This document shows positions 9,684-18,074 of a DNA stretch of 64,000 nucleotides, piece after piece. Below the pieces are notes generated by a model, which saw nothing but the letters and a program-made list of their open reading frames with translations, had not been told where the DNA came from and made no database searches. Position 1 is the first letter of the stretch; the number at the start of each line of letters is the position of its first letter. Source of the DNA: Akkermansia muciniphila (GTDB lineage Bacteria > Verrucomicrobiota > Verrucomicrobiia > Limisphaerales > UBA9464). The stretch covers positions 1,285 through 65,284 of the forward strand of contig CAMCYJ010000008.1 in assembly GCA_945883815.1 (NCBI GenBank), in the 5' to 3' direction. The translations under genes and the position numbers were made by a program.

Positions 9684-9758
9684 TGGTGCGCGATACAGGG
9701 TTCGAACCTGTGACCCCTACCGTGTCAAGGTAATGCTCTACCACTGAGCTAACCGCGC
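9684..9758 (-). tRNA. tRNA-Val (anticodon GAC), CCA encoded
   Basis: Cloverleaf folded by hand. Acceptor stem is GCGCGGT/ATCGCGC. D arm is GCTC-AGTGGTA-GAGC. Anticodon arm is TTACC-TTGACAC-GGTAG. T arm is ACAGG-TTCGAAC-CCTGT, followed by discriminator A and CCA. Confidence 0.9.
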
Positions 9759-9776
9759 AACGCTTGAAGCGCGGCG

Positions 9777-9804
9777 AAGTTAGTTTTCGTGCAGTTTAGT
9801 GCAA
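9777..9804 (-). promoter_or_regulatory. candidate promoter of tRNA-Val
   Basis: The minus strand reads TTGCAC-N16-TAACTT, ending 18 nt before the tRNA 5' end. Confidence 0.3.
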
Positions 9805-9974
9805 GGTTTTTGTTGGTTCTTTTCATGGGCCCGTTGCGCCCGCTAATGGCGCCAAAATGTTTGTTACCAGCCAAGGGGTTGATTCTCTGGGGGTGTCTTC
9901 GGATCCCTAATGACCGTCAACTGGCCCCAGATTCCGTTTTCCCCGACGGGTGAGGGCCTTTAGCCTCTTGCCGC

Positions 9975-10712
9975 ATGAGCACCTATTCGACCCGGTATTA
10001 CGAGGGACTGAAGGAGGATTCCGCCGTTTCAGCACGGGAGGTTGTCCCGCTGGTGCTGGGGTTGCTTTCGGCCAGGTCGGTGGTGGATGTCGGGTGTGGA
10101 TCCGGCACGTGGGCTCAGGCGTATGCTCAAGCCGGTTGCGAGGTGCTGGGAATCGACGGCGACATCGTTCAGGTGGATCAGTTGCTAATTCCAGCGGATC
10201 GATTTCTGAGGCGCGATTTGTCGCAACCGCTGCGATTGGATCGGCGCTTCGATCTGGTTAATTGCCTGGAGGTTGCCGAGCACTTGGATGCGTCTCGTGC
10301 GGATGGTTTTGTGGCGGACTTGTGCGCTCTGGGCGACGTGGTTGCCTTCAGCGCTGCGATCCCAGGGCAGGGCGGCACTCATCATGTGAACGAGCAGTTC
10401 CAAAGCTATTGGATCGAGCGGTTCCGTTCACAGGGTTTTGTGCCGCTGGATTGCCTCCGGCATCAGATCTGGGGCAATGACCGGGTGGCCTGGTGGTATG
10501 TGCAGAATCTCTTCCTGTTTGTCCGGGAGAGTCGTCTGGCCGATTTCCCCAAAGCCCGGGAGGCTTCTCGGCCTTGGCCCCAGGACCTCGTCCACCCGAG
10601 GGCTTATGTGACCGCAACCGTGCCGTCACAAATGTCGCCCCGGATGCTCAAAGAGGTGGCTTTGGCCCTCCCTCATTTTCCGGGGAAGATTCTCAAGCAT
10701 TTGGGAAAGTAG
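9975..10712 (+). CDS. class I SAM-dependent methyltransferase
   Basis: 245 aa. Contains SAM motif I VVDVGCGSGTWA and the post-I/II pattern (FDLVNCLEVAEHL). Confidence 0.75.
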   Translation: MSTYSTRYYEGLKEDSAVSAREVVPLVLGLLSARSVVDVGCGSGTWAQAYAQAGCEVLGIDGDIVQVDQLLIPADRFLRRDLSQPLRLDRRFDLVNCLEVAEHLDASRADGFVADLCALGDVVAFSAAIPGQGGTHHVNEQFQSYWIERFRSQGFVPLDCLRHQIWGNDRVAWWYVQNLFLFVRESRLADFPKAREASRPWPQDLVHPRAYVTATVPSQMSPRMLKEVALALPHFPGKILKHLGK

Positions 10713-10820
10713 GAGGCGGTTTGTTTGCTGGATGGCTTGGTCTTCGCGGTGACGGATTCAGGCGAGGACAGCAATCAGGTGGTTGTCCTTCGGGGCCGAT
10801 CGGGGTTTTACGACGGGCTC

Positions 10821-11975
10821 TCAGGGTTTCGCTGCCAACTGGCGGTTGATTTCCTTCAGCGTGAACCGGACTGAAACAATGTAGGGCGGTTTGCCGGCAT
10901 CCCAGTGGCCGTAGGTGGTTGCCAATACGGTGCCGTCGCTCAGCACTTCCACTCCCGGATAGGCGCAATCCCAAGCGTGTTGGTTGTCACCCAGCCGGAT
11001 TCGGCAGAGGCCTTCCCGACCTTCAAGGATGTCAGAGAATTGGCCCACCCAGGCGATCCAGTCTCCGGCCGTTGGGGATCCTTTGGCTGTGTCCCGGAAC
11101 GAAATCACCAAGCGCCCATCGCGTGCATATTTTGCTGTATGACGGTCGCCGGTGAGGCTCAGAGGCAGTTCCTTTGGAGCGCTCCAAGTTGCACCCTCAT
11201 CGGTGGAAACGATGAAGTGGGAATTGCGCTTTCGACGGTTCTCCCGCAACAGCAGCACCAAGGAGCGTCCGTCCGGAGAACGGACCGAGCCGGGTTCGCA
11301 GAGGTGGATTTCGGAATCGGACCAGAGAACCCTGGGCTGAGACCAGTTGAGTCCGCCGTCTTCCGAGTGGACCTGATACAGTCGGAAGACCTGAGGGTTG
11401 CTGGCTTGGGCGCCTTTGGAGAAGTATCGACCGTCATCGTGGAACCAAGCCATGTAGTGGCCGGGTTTGTTGCGGACTGCTTCCACCGACCCCATCACCA
11501 CGATGCCACCCCAATCGCCGGCGGCCTTCAGGGGCGACCAGGAAGAACCATCGTCCTCCGATACGGAGAGGCGAGCCGGCCAGAGTCCTGACCAGACGAT
11601 CAAGCGACGGTGCCCTTGCGCATCGATAACTCGGTGGATGGTGGGCGTTTCGAGAGAGGTAGCCCAATTTTCCGGAACGGGCAGTCTTGGGCTCCAAGTC
11701 AGGCCGCCGTCGGTGCTCCGTTTGAGCTGAATGGCTCCCTTGCCGTGACCCTTGGGGTAGGTGCAGAGGACCGTGCGACCATCCTCTAGAATCACGGTTG
11801 TAGGGTGTCCAAGGTATTGCCCTTCTTCGCGGTCCACGATGGTTCTCCGAGCCGTCTCCGAGGCCAGATTCACCAGAGGAATGGCTCCCATGACGCTGAG
11901 TTCTAGGGACAGGCTCCAAAGCAGGGCTGACAATAACAGCGGGGCGAGGTTGAAGTGGCGAACCCGTGGGATCAT
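10821..11975 (-). CDS. BNR/Asp-box repeat sialidase-like glycoside hydrolase (secreted)
   Basis: Four Asp-boxes are present (STDGGLTWS, SEDDGSSWS, SEDGGLNWS, STDEGATWS). The likely start is ATG 11975 (MIPRVRHFNLAPLLLSALLW, signal-peptide-like). The ORF extends to 12011. Confidence 0.8.
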   Translation of the reverse strand: MIPRVRHFNLAPLLLSALLWSLSLELSVMGAIPLVNLASETARRTIVDREEGQYLGHPTTVILEDGRTVLCTYPKGHGKGAIQLKRSTDGGLTWSPRLPVPENWATSLETPTIHRVIDAQGHRRLIVWSGLWPARLSVSEDDGSSWSPLKAAGDWGGIVVMGSVEAVRNKPGHYMAWFHDDGRYFSKGAQASNPQVFRLYQVHSEDGGLNWSQPRVLWSDSEIHLCEPGSVRSPDGRSLVLLLRENRRKRNSHFIVSTDEGATWSAPKELPLSLTGDRHTAKYARDGRLVISFRDTAKGSPTAGDWIAWVGQFSDILEGREGLCRIRLGDNQHAWDCAYPGVEVLSDGTVLATTYGHWDAGKPPYIVSVRFTLKEINRQLAAKP

Positions 11976-12028
11976 GCAGGAAAGCAAATACGACTGGCCC
12001 ACGATCGCCAAGAACCCTTCTGAAAGGG

Positions 12029-12122
12029 AGCCTGTCCCTTGGAGTGTATTCTGAAAGGGAGCCTGTCCCTAATAGGATAAATACTAAATAATAACGATAA
12101 CGAATTAATTTTAGCCTGTCCC
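12029..12122 (-). repeat. GGGACAGGCT motif cluster C (3 copies, minus orientation) flanking an AT-rich island
   Basis: AGCCTGTCCC occurs at 12029, 12060 and 12113. The first two lie in a 31-bp duplication, CTGAAAGGGAGCCTGTCCCT. The AT-rich stretch spans 12071-12112. One further copy in + orientation sits at 11906-11915, inside the signal-peptide codons of the sialidase-like gene. Confidence 0.85.
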
Positions 12123-12193
12123 TCTTGGGTTGGTATTGAGTGAGGGCGGGGGAGTGGTTCCGTCGTGGGGATGGGGATGGGTGTGGATTGGGG

Positions 12194-12425
12194 CTACATC
12201 CCGCGGAAGAGGCCGCTGTAGCTGCGGCTGACTTCCAGGATCTCCGGACAGTCCCGGAGTCGGATCCTCGGCTGTCCGTCGGTTTCGCGGATGACTTTGG
12301 AGATCACACGCAAGTTGACCACGGTACCTCGCTGGATTTGCCAGAAGACTTCGCTGTCCAGTCCTTCGATCAATTCCTTGATGGGGAAAAGATGGGTGGG
12401 TTCACAGTGGATTCTCTTGGGATGG
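12194..12425 (-). pseudogene. LytTR DNA-binding domain remnant (C-terminal about 75 aa, no start codon)
   Basis: Hand translation of the minus strand gives HPKRIHCEPTHLFPIKELIEGLDSEVFWQIQRGTVVNLRVISKVIRETDGQPRIRLRDCPEILEVSRSYSGLFRGM, with the stop at 12194-12196. This fits the LytTR pattern F..IHRS.IVNL......VSRSY. The frame is open back to 12600 but contains no ATG and no receiver or N-terminal LytTR portion. Confidence 0.6.
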
Positions 12426-12647
12426 TTTTGTCCCGCCGCCGTGGAGCGGAGGGTGCTTACAGCGGGCCTCAGGCAGGGGCACCCCGGAAGCCTTCCGCGA
12501 CCAACGGGGCTTTCCGGCGGACAAGCGGTCGCCGGTAGACGACCAGCCGCACTGGGTGGGGCTTCGGAGCAATGACTCCTGAACTTGAACCCGCTGATTC
12601 ACCGGGCCCATTTCCTTCGTGGAGAAGAAAATGGGCCGGCAACCACA

Positions 12648-15600
12648 TTAGGGGCTGATTAGGCGGAAGAACCGACTTTCTTCCGGCACCTCCAATGTGA
12701 GGGAGCTGTACCCGTTGACATTGCGAATGGGGTCTCCGGAGTTGCTCCACGTGGAGAGGTTGGTCGAGCTTTGTAGCCGGTAGGTTTGGGTCCCCAGCGT
12801 GAAGCGCACGATGCGCAGGGCCGGGGCGAGGACCACTGCGCCATCGGGCGCTTCGGTGGGGCGGAGCGGGTTGTAGCCGAAGCGGAGCTCTTGGGCGTCC
12901 GGCAATCCGTCGCCATCGGTGTCGGCGGCTTCGGGTGAGGTGCCGATGGCCAGCTCGTAGCGGTCGTCCAAACCATCGCCATCGGTCTCGCGCGGTTGAA
13001 GGGCGGCCACGGTATGGAATCCGCCGGCTGAGACGAGCAGGGCACCGTTGGCCGCTTCGGGAATGCGCAGAGAACCGGCAGAATCCCCGCCCCACGAGAC
13101 CAGTTCACCCGAGTCGCGGAGAGCCACGGTATGGTTGTAACCCGCTTGGATGCGGATCACCCGATCCAGCCCGGCTGGAATCCTCAGTTGTCCGTCCCCA
13201 TTGGCTCCCCAGGCGACAACGGTGCCGTCAGAGCGGAGGGCCACGGTGTGGGAGTCTCCGGCGGTGACCGCGACCACGTTTTTCAAGTCGGCCGGCACCG
13301 TACATTGACCCGTCCGATTGTTGCCCCAGCAAACGACCGTGCCGTCATTGAGGAGGGCGATGGCGTGACTCCAACCGGCGGCGATGGCGCGTACGTTCTG
13401 AAGTCCGAATGGGACATTGAGCTGCCCGTTGTAGTTGGTGCCCCAAGCCGAGACCGTGCCGTCGGCCAGCAAGGCGAGGCTGTAGTCGCCGCCGGCTGCG
13501 ATGGCTGTGACCGGCGCGCGAAACATCGGAGCGGTGGCCTGACCGGACGTGTTGCGTCCCCAGCCGGTGACATTTCCTTCAGCGTCGAGGGCCAGTGAGT
13601 GGTTGCCGCCGGCCGCGACGGCGATCACCCCGCGCAACGACCCGGGAACGGAAAGTTTGCCGTCGGTCGAATCACCCCAGGCCACCACGGTGCCGTTGGT
13701 GAGCAACGCCAGCGTGTGCCAGGTTCCGGCGCTGATCTGTCGGAGGGTGCCCAATGCCTTCGGCACGGAAGTCTGCCCGAGAGTGGCGTCACCCCAGGCC
13801 AAGACGCTGCCTTCGATTTGGCCCGCGTCGCCATTCCCACGGTCTGGCCCCTGGAGACGGTAGAAGGCGTGGGTCGGGAGGGCGTTGGTGAAGCGGCGGG
13901 ACCAACCCGCGGTCTCGCGATGGGCTTCCTCGAGATCTTCCCAGGCTGTGCCGTCCGGGGACCCTTGAAGACGGTAGCCCTCTCCGCCCAGCACGAAGCT
14001 CTTGAGGGCGATGGCCGGTTCGAGGCCCAACCATCCATCAGGCCGCTCCGTGGCGATCGTCGGATCGAAACCGTTTTGCAGTTCAGTCCGGTCGCCCAGT
14101 CCGTCGCCGTCGGTGTCCGCGAGGCTCGGGTTGGATCCCAGTCGGTTTTCGATGCCGTCCTCCAAGCCGTCGTTGTCCGTGTCCGGGGTTGCCGGGTTGG
14201 ATCCTTCGGCCAACTCCAGAGAATCGGCCAAACCGTCGGTATCGCCGTCGGGCAACCGTTGCAGTGCCACCAGGTGATGGGCTCCTGAAGCCAGTTGTCC
14301 GATGTTTTTGAGCCCTGCGGGCACTCGTGAAACCGGGGCGTTGGTGTCGCCCCAAACGATCACCGATCCATCCGCGGTCACGGCCGCTCCGACCGAAGCG
14401 GTGACGGCGATGGACTGTGCGGGCATGGCCTGGGGCGATGGGGTTCCTGCGGAGCCTGGGGTGGTGGTCACCGCGCCATTGCGGTGGAGCAGGAGACCTT
14501 GGTCTCCCCGCGAGGCAAATCCGACGATGCCTGTGAGGTTGGTCAGTCCAGGACGACCCACTGTCCGGAATTGGCCAGAGGCGCTGATCCAGCCTGAGGC
14601 CGCGGCGCCGGCGAAGATGCGTCTGGCCGTGCGTCCATGGAGGTTGGTCTGACCTGCCGTGGCGTCACCCCAGGCCCAGATCCTGCCGTTTCGATCGAGG
14701 GCCAGGGTGTGCAAGTCGCCGGCGGCAATGGCCATGGCGTTGGTGAGTCCGACTGGCACGGTAGCCTGTCCCCACGTGTTGTCGCCCCAGCAAACGACCT
14801 GACCCTCGGAAGTCAGGGCCACCGAGTGAGCCGCCCCAGCGGCAATGGCCACCACCGAGGCCAGGTCGTTGGGAATGCGAGCCTGTCCCTCGGAATCCAG
14901 TCCCCAGCCGACCACGGTGCCGTTGGTGCGGAGAGCCAGGGAATGACCGAAGCCCGCAGCCACCGCGGTGACGAGGCCGATGTCACCGGGAAGCGTCGCC
15001 TGGCCGAAGGTGTCGTCGCCCCAAGCCATCACTGTGCCCACGATGCGTTCGGGCGTGGGTGATCGCTGAAAACGCAGGACTTCGACCCGCAGGTTTCGGC
15101 TGGTCTGGATCCGATTGGTTGAATCGAGAGAGGCTTCCAGACAGTAGATTCCAGCCTCTTCTGGAAGGATGTCGTGCAGGACCAGACTGACGTTGGTTTG
15201 TCCCACGAGGGCTTTGCCGTCGCGGAACCACTGGAATGTTGGAACCTGAGCCGCCGGGGCAGGGGGGGTGGGCGGTGCATTGGTGACGCTGCCGCCGGAT
15301 CCGCCCGTGCCGGTTCCCGGATCTGTACCGGGATCAGCGCCCGGATCAGCACCCGGATCAGCCGGTGGGGTGGGCGGAGGGACCACCGGTGGCACCACCA
15401 CAGTGGCGTTTGCTGTGGCTGGTTTGAGGGCGAGCGCACGCAGCACCAGCCTGTCCCCGGCAAGGATTTGCCGATCGCGATCGAGCAACTCGAAGACCGG
15501 ATAACTGTCGGTCGACAACGGATCGGTGCCCGCGGCCAGTTCTGCTCCGTCCGGGGAACCGTCGGAGTCGCTGTCGGGATCCAACGGGTTGAGGCCCCGG

Positions 15601-17297
15601 CGCAGTTCCTCGGTGTCCGGAATGCCATCGCCATCGGAATCGGAGCTCTGAGTGAGTTCGGCCAAATCAGGGACGCCATCACCGTTGGAATCGGAGGAGA
15701 GCGGATTGAGGTTCCTGCGGAGTTCGATGCCGTCCTCCAATCCGTCTTGGTCGGTGTCCGGCACGACGGAATTGAGCCCCAACGCAACCTCGGTGGGATC
15801 GTCGACACCATCTTGGTCGCCGTCGAGTCGTGCCCGGATTCCGGCCGCAGCCTGGAATCCGGCGCTCAGGGTAAAGAGATTGGTCTGGGGGGTGGATTGA
15901 GCCGCCACGGCCGGGGAGCCCCAGCCGAGCGCATTTCCAGGGGCGCTCACGGCCAGCGAGTAGCCGGAGCCGGCACTGATGGCGATGGATGGCTGCAATC
16001 GAGGTGGCACAGGAACCTGCTTTTGGGCGGTGTCCCCCCAGGCGAACAGCCCTCCCTCTCGGGAGAGGGCCAGCGTGTGGTAGTCGCCGGCGGCGATCCG
16101 GGCGATGCGGGAAAGGTTGGAGGGGATTCTAGCCTGTCCCCGGTCGTTGGATCCCCAGCAGACCACCGATCCGTCCGATTTCAGGGCCACGGTGTGGGCT
16201 GCGCCGGCGGCGATGGCCACCACTCCGGAAAGTCCGGCCGGTACCGCCGATTGCAGGCTGCTGTTGTCACCCCAACAAACGACTGTGCCATCAGGACGCA
16301 GGGCCACCGAGTGGAAATGACCCGCGGCCACGGCGATGGCACCTGTCGATTCCGAAGGAACGGCCGTTTGTCCGTAGCGATTGTCGCCCCAGGCCCGGAC
16401 GATTCCGTTGGTCGACAGCGCCAAGGTGTGGAAGGCCCCGACAGCGACCTCCTGGACTGGGGACAGGCTACTAGGGGTGATGAGTTGGCCGAGGGTGTTG
16501 GTTCCCCATCCCCATAGTTTCCCATTGGAATCGAGGGCATAGGCATGGACGAAGCCCCGGGCGACGGCGACGGCGTTGGTCAATTTCGGGGGGGTGGAGC
16601 CGACTTCCCGCCCCCAAACCGCGAGTTCACCGGCCGGTCTCGGAAATTCCCGCAAGGGACGGGCTCCCAGGACGTCGATCCGGGTACCCTTGGGTTCACG
16701 TTGAACCGTGGTCTCCAATCGGGCCTCCAGCGTGTATCGGCCTGAATCCGGCCGTTCGACTCCGAAAAGGACCAGGTTCACGTTGGTTTGATTGGCCAAC
16801 GTTTTGCCGTCGCGGAACCACTGATAGGTGGTGTAGTTGGTGACTACTTCCTGGTTGGTGGTGTAGGTGGGCCCGCCTCCCTCTGGCGGAGGATCGTTGG
16901 TGACGATGGTGATGTTGGTCTTGAGTGACAGGGGTTTGAGCGACAGCGGTCGCAATCGGAGGAGATCTCCGCTGAGCAACTGTCGATCCCGGTCGGCTGT
17001 CTGGAAGAGGGGGATGCTGTTCTTGTCGCGGGGCAGCGTGTTGGCTGTGAATTCCGCAAGGTCGTTGGCGCCATCCCCGTCGGTATCCATGACGAATGGA
17101 TCACTGCCAAAACGCAGTTCCTGCACATCGCTGAGGCCGTCACCGTCTGAGTCGGGTTCCGGGAACGCCTTGGCCCGGGCGGTTTGCGTGGAGTTTGCGC
17201 CCAGCAGGATGGGACTCACGCAGACGCTCACGATGAGAGCCGAAAGCAGGGCCGTCATCGACACGTTGAAAGGGGTTGGTAGCAGGCGCATGGGCAT
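12648..17297 (-). CDS. giant secreted modular protein: 3 RCC1-type beta-propellers, thrombospondin-type-3-like Ca-binding repeats, Ig-like modules and FYRL/FFRL beta-sandwich modules
   Basis: 1549 aa with an N-terminal signal peptide. There are more than 15 RCC1-like blades (e.g. VVCWGDNxxGQxxVP, AGxxHxxAL). DxDxDGxxD repeats occur at aa 48-80, 490-595, 1016-1075 and 1437-1470. QWFRDGK..QTNV.LVL Ig-like modules occur at aa about 150-210 and 686-742. Confidence 0.85.
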   Translation of the reverse strand: MPMRLLPTPFNVSMTALLSALIVSVCVSPILLGANSTQTARAKAFPEPDSDGDGLSDVQELRFGSDPFVMDTDGDGANDLAEFTANTLPRDKNSIPLFQTADRDRQLLSGDLLRLRPLSLKPLSLKTNITIVTNDPPPEGGGPTYTTNQEVVTNYTTYQWFRDGKTLANQTNVNLVLFGVERPDSGRYTLEARLETTVQREPKGTRIDVLGARPLREFPRPAGELAVWGREVGSTPPKLTNAVAVARGFVHAYALDSNGKLWGWGTNTLGQLITPSSLSPVQEVAVGAFHTLALSTNGIVRAWGDNRYGQTAVPSESTGAIAVAAGHFHSVALRPDGTVVCWGDNSSLQSAVPAGLSGVVAIAAGAAHTVALKSDGSVVCWGSNDRGQARIPSNLSRIARIAAGDYHTLALSREGGLFAWGDTAQKQVPVPPRLQPSIAISAGSGYSLAVSAPGNALGWGSPAVAAQSTPQTNLFTLSAGFQAAAGIRARLDGDQDGVDDPTEVALGLNSVVPDTDQDGLEDGIELRRNLNPLSSDSNGDGVPDLAELTQSSDSDGDGIPDTEELRRGLNPLDPDSDSDGSPDGAELAAGTDPLSTDSYPVFELLDRDRQILAGDRLVLRALALKPATANATVVVPPVVPPPTPPADPGADPGADPGTDPGTGTGGSGGSVTNAPPTPPAPAAQVPTFQWFRDGKALVGQTNVSLVLHDILPEEAGIYCLEASLDSTNRIQTSRNLRVEVLRFQRSPTPERIVGTVMAWGDDTFGQATLPGDIGLVTAVAAGFGHSLALRTNGTVVGWGLDSEGQARIPNDLASVVAIAAGAAHSVALTSEGQVVCWGDNTWGQATVPVGLTNAMAIAAGDLHTLALDRNGRIWAWGDATAGQTNLHGRTARRIFAGAAASGWISASGQFRTVGRPGLTNLTGIVGFASRGDQGLLLHRNGAVTTTPGSAGTPSPQAMPAQSIAVTASVGAAVTADGSVIVWGDTNAPVSRVPAGLKNIGQLASGAHHLVALQRLPDGDTDGLADSLELAEGSNPATPDTDNDGLEDGIENRLGSNPSLADTDGDGLGDRTELQNGFDPTIATERPDGWLGLEPAIALKSFVLGGEGYRLQGSPDGTAWEDLEEAHRETAGWSRRFTNALPTHAFYRLQGPDRGNGDAGQIEGSVLAWGDATLGQTSVPKALGTLRQISAGTWHTLALLTNGTVVAWGDSTDGKLSVPGSLRGVIAVAAGGNHSLALDAEGNVTGWGRNTSGQATAPMFRAPVTAIAAGGDYSLALLADGTVSAWGTNYNGQLNVPFGLQNVRAIAAGWSHAIALLNDGTVVCWGNNRTGQCTVPADLKNVVAVTAGDSHTVALRSDGTVVAWGANGDGQLRIPAGLDRVIRIQAGYNHTVALRDSGELVSWGGDSAGSLRIPEAANGALLVSAGGFHTVAALQPRETDGDGLDDRYELAIGTSPEAADTDGDGLPDAQELRFGYNPLRPTEAPDGAVVLAPALRIVRFTLGTQTYRLQSSTNLSTWSNSGDPIRNVNGYSSLTLEVPEESRFFRLISP

Positions 17298-17475
17298 GAT
17301 TGTTTGCTATGCGCCGCCCCCCCGTCCGGTGATGGTCAGGAAATCAACGCTTTAATTCGGGTGGCTTTGAGCAGGAAGAGTAGCGCCTAATCTTGCCAAT
17401 AACAGAAAACTTCCGGTGACAAATCTTCGCCGGAGGTTGAAACCGCAAACCAAGCCGGCCGGCGGTGGAAGGCGC

Positions 17476-17832
17476 CTACTGAGTCACGTTGAGCACCTGG
17501 ATGCCCTCGGCGGCCGAGGGATCAATGGCGTTCAATGCATTGATCGCTGTGGTCGCGGTGCTGGTGTCCGGATCTTGCATGAGGGCCTTGAGGTCGGGAA
17601 CCGCTGCCTTGGCGGCAGGTCCGATTTGGCAGAGTGCGTAGGCGGCCAGTCGGCGGATCACCGTATCGTCCGACTTGAGCAGCGGGATGATGTCTTTCAC
17701 CGCGGAAGCGGACTTCGGGCCCCCAGCGGCGAGTTCACTCAGTGCATTGGCCTGAGCGTCGGTACCGCCCTTAAGTTGAGCCACCTGAGCAGTCACCTCG
17801 ACCGCCTTGGCGGCGTCCTCGGATGTTGCCAC
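17476..17832 (-). CDS. small HEAT-repeat protein
   Basis: 118 aa with PBS-lyase/HEAT-like repeats (IIPLLKSDDTVIRRLAAYALCQIGPAAKAAVPDLKALMQDPD). It lies directly upstream of, and on the same strand as, the giant RCC1 gene. Confidence 0.6.
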   Translation of the reverse strand: MATSEDAAKAVEVTAQVAQLKGGTDAQANALSELAAGGPKSASAVKDIIPLLKSDDTVIRRLAAYALCQIGPAAKAAVPDLKALMQDPDTSTATTAINALNAIDPSAAEGIQVLNVTQ

Positions 17833-18074
17833 CAGTGTCTCGTCTGGGTCTTCGGGGCAAAAAAGGGGTGCCGGAGTTGTGGACCGAACGCCGGATTAAC
17901 CTCGGATCAACGGGGTTTGCACCCGCAGCGCAGGCACAGGAATTTTTGAGGACTCCGGTGGAATGCCGGGTGTCAGCAGGTGCGTTTGCCAGTTCAGCAC
18001 CGGCAAACACAGTCCGAGGACCGTCTCCGATCGGGTTCTTGCGGTGGTCGTTTACCCGGATCGGCTTGTCGGAC

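Noticed and set aside
9351-12200. Genomic island integrated at tRNA-Val
   Set aside because: There is no integrase, no direct repeat of the tRNA 3' end and no mobility genes. The tRNA 3' end faces the short gcvP-side spacer, not the accessory genes.
12140-12538. 132-aa ORF on the plus strand
   Set aside because: It has no homology. The opposite strand carries the recognisable LytTR remnant, so this is most likely a shadow frame.
14763-16469. Copies of the 10-mer inside the giant RCC1 gene (14763, 14880, 16131, 16460) and in rlmM (29833)
   Set aside because: Three of them encode the recurrent blade peptide (R)GQA of the RCC1 repeats (GGA CAG GCT). They are explained by coding repeats and are not counted as intergenic elements.
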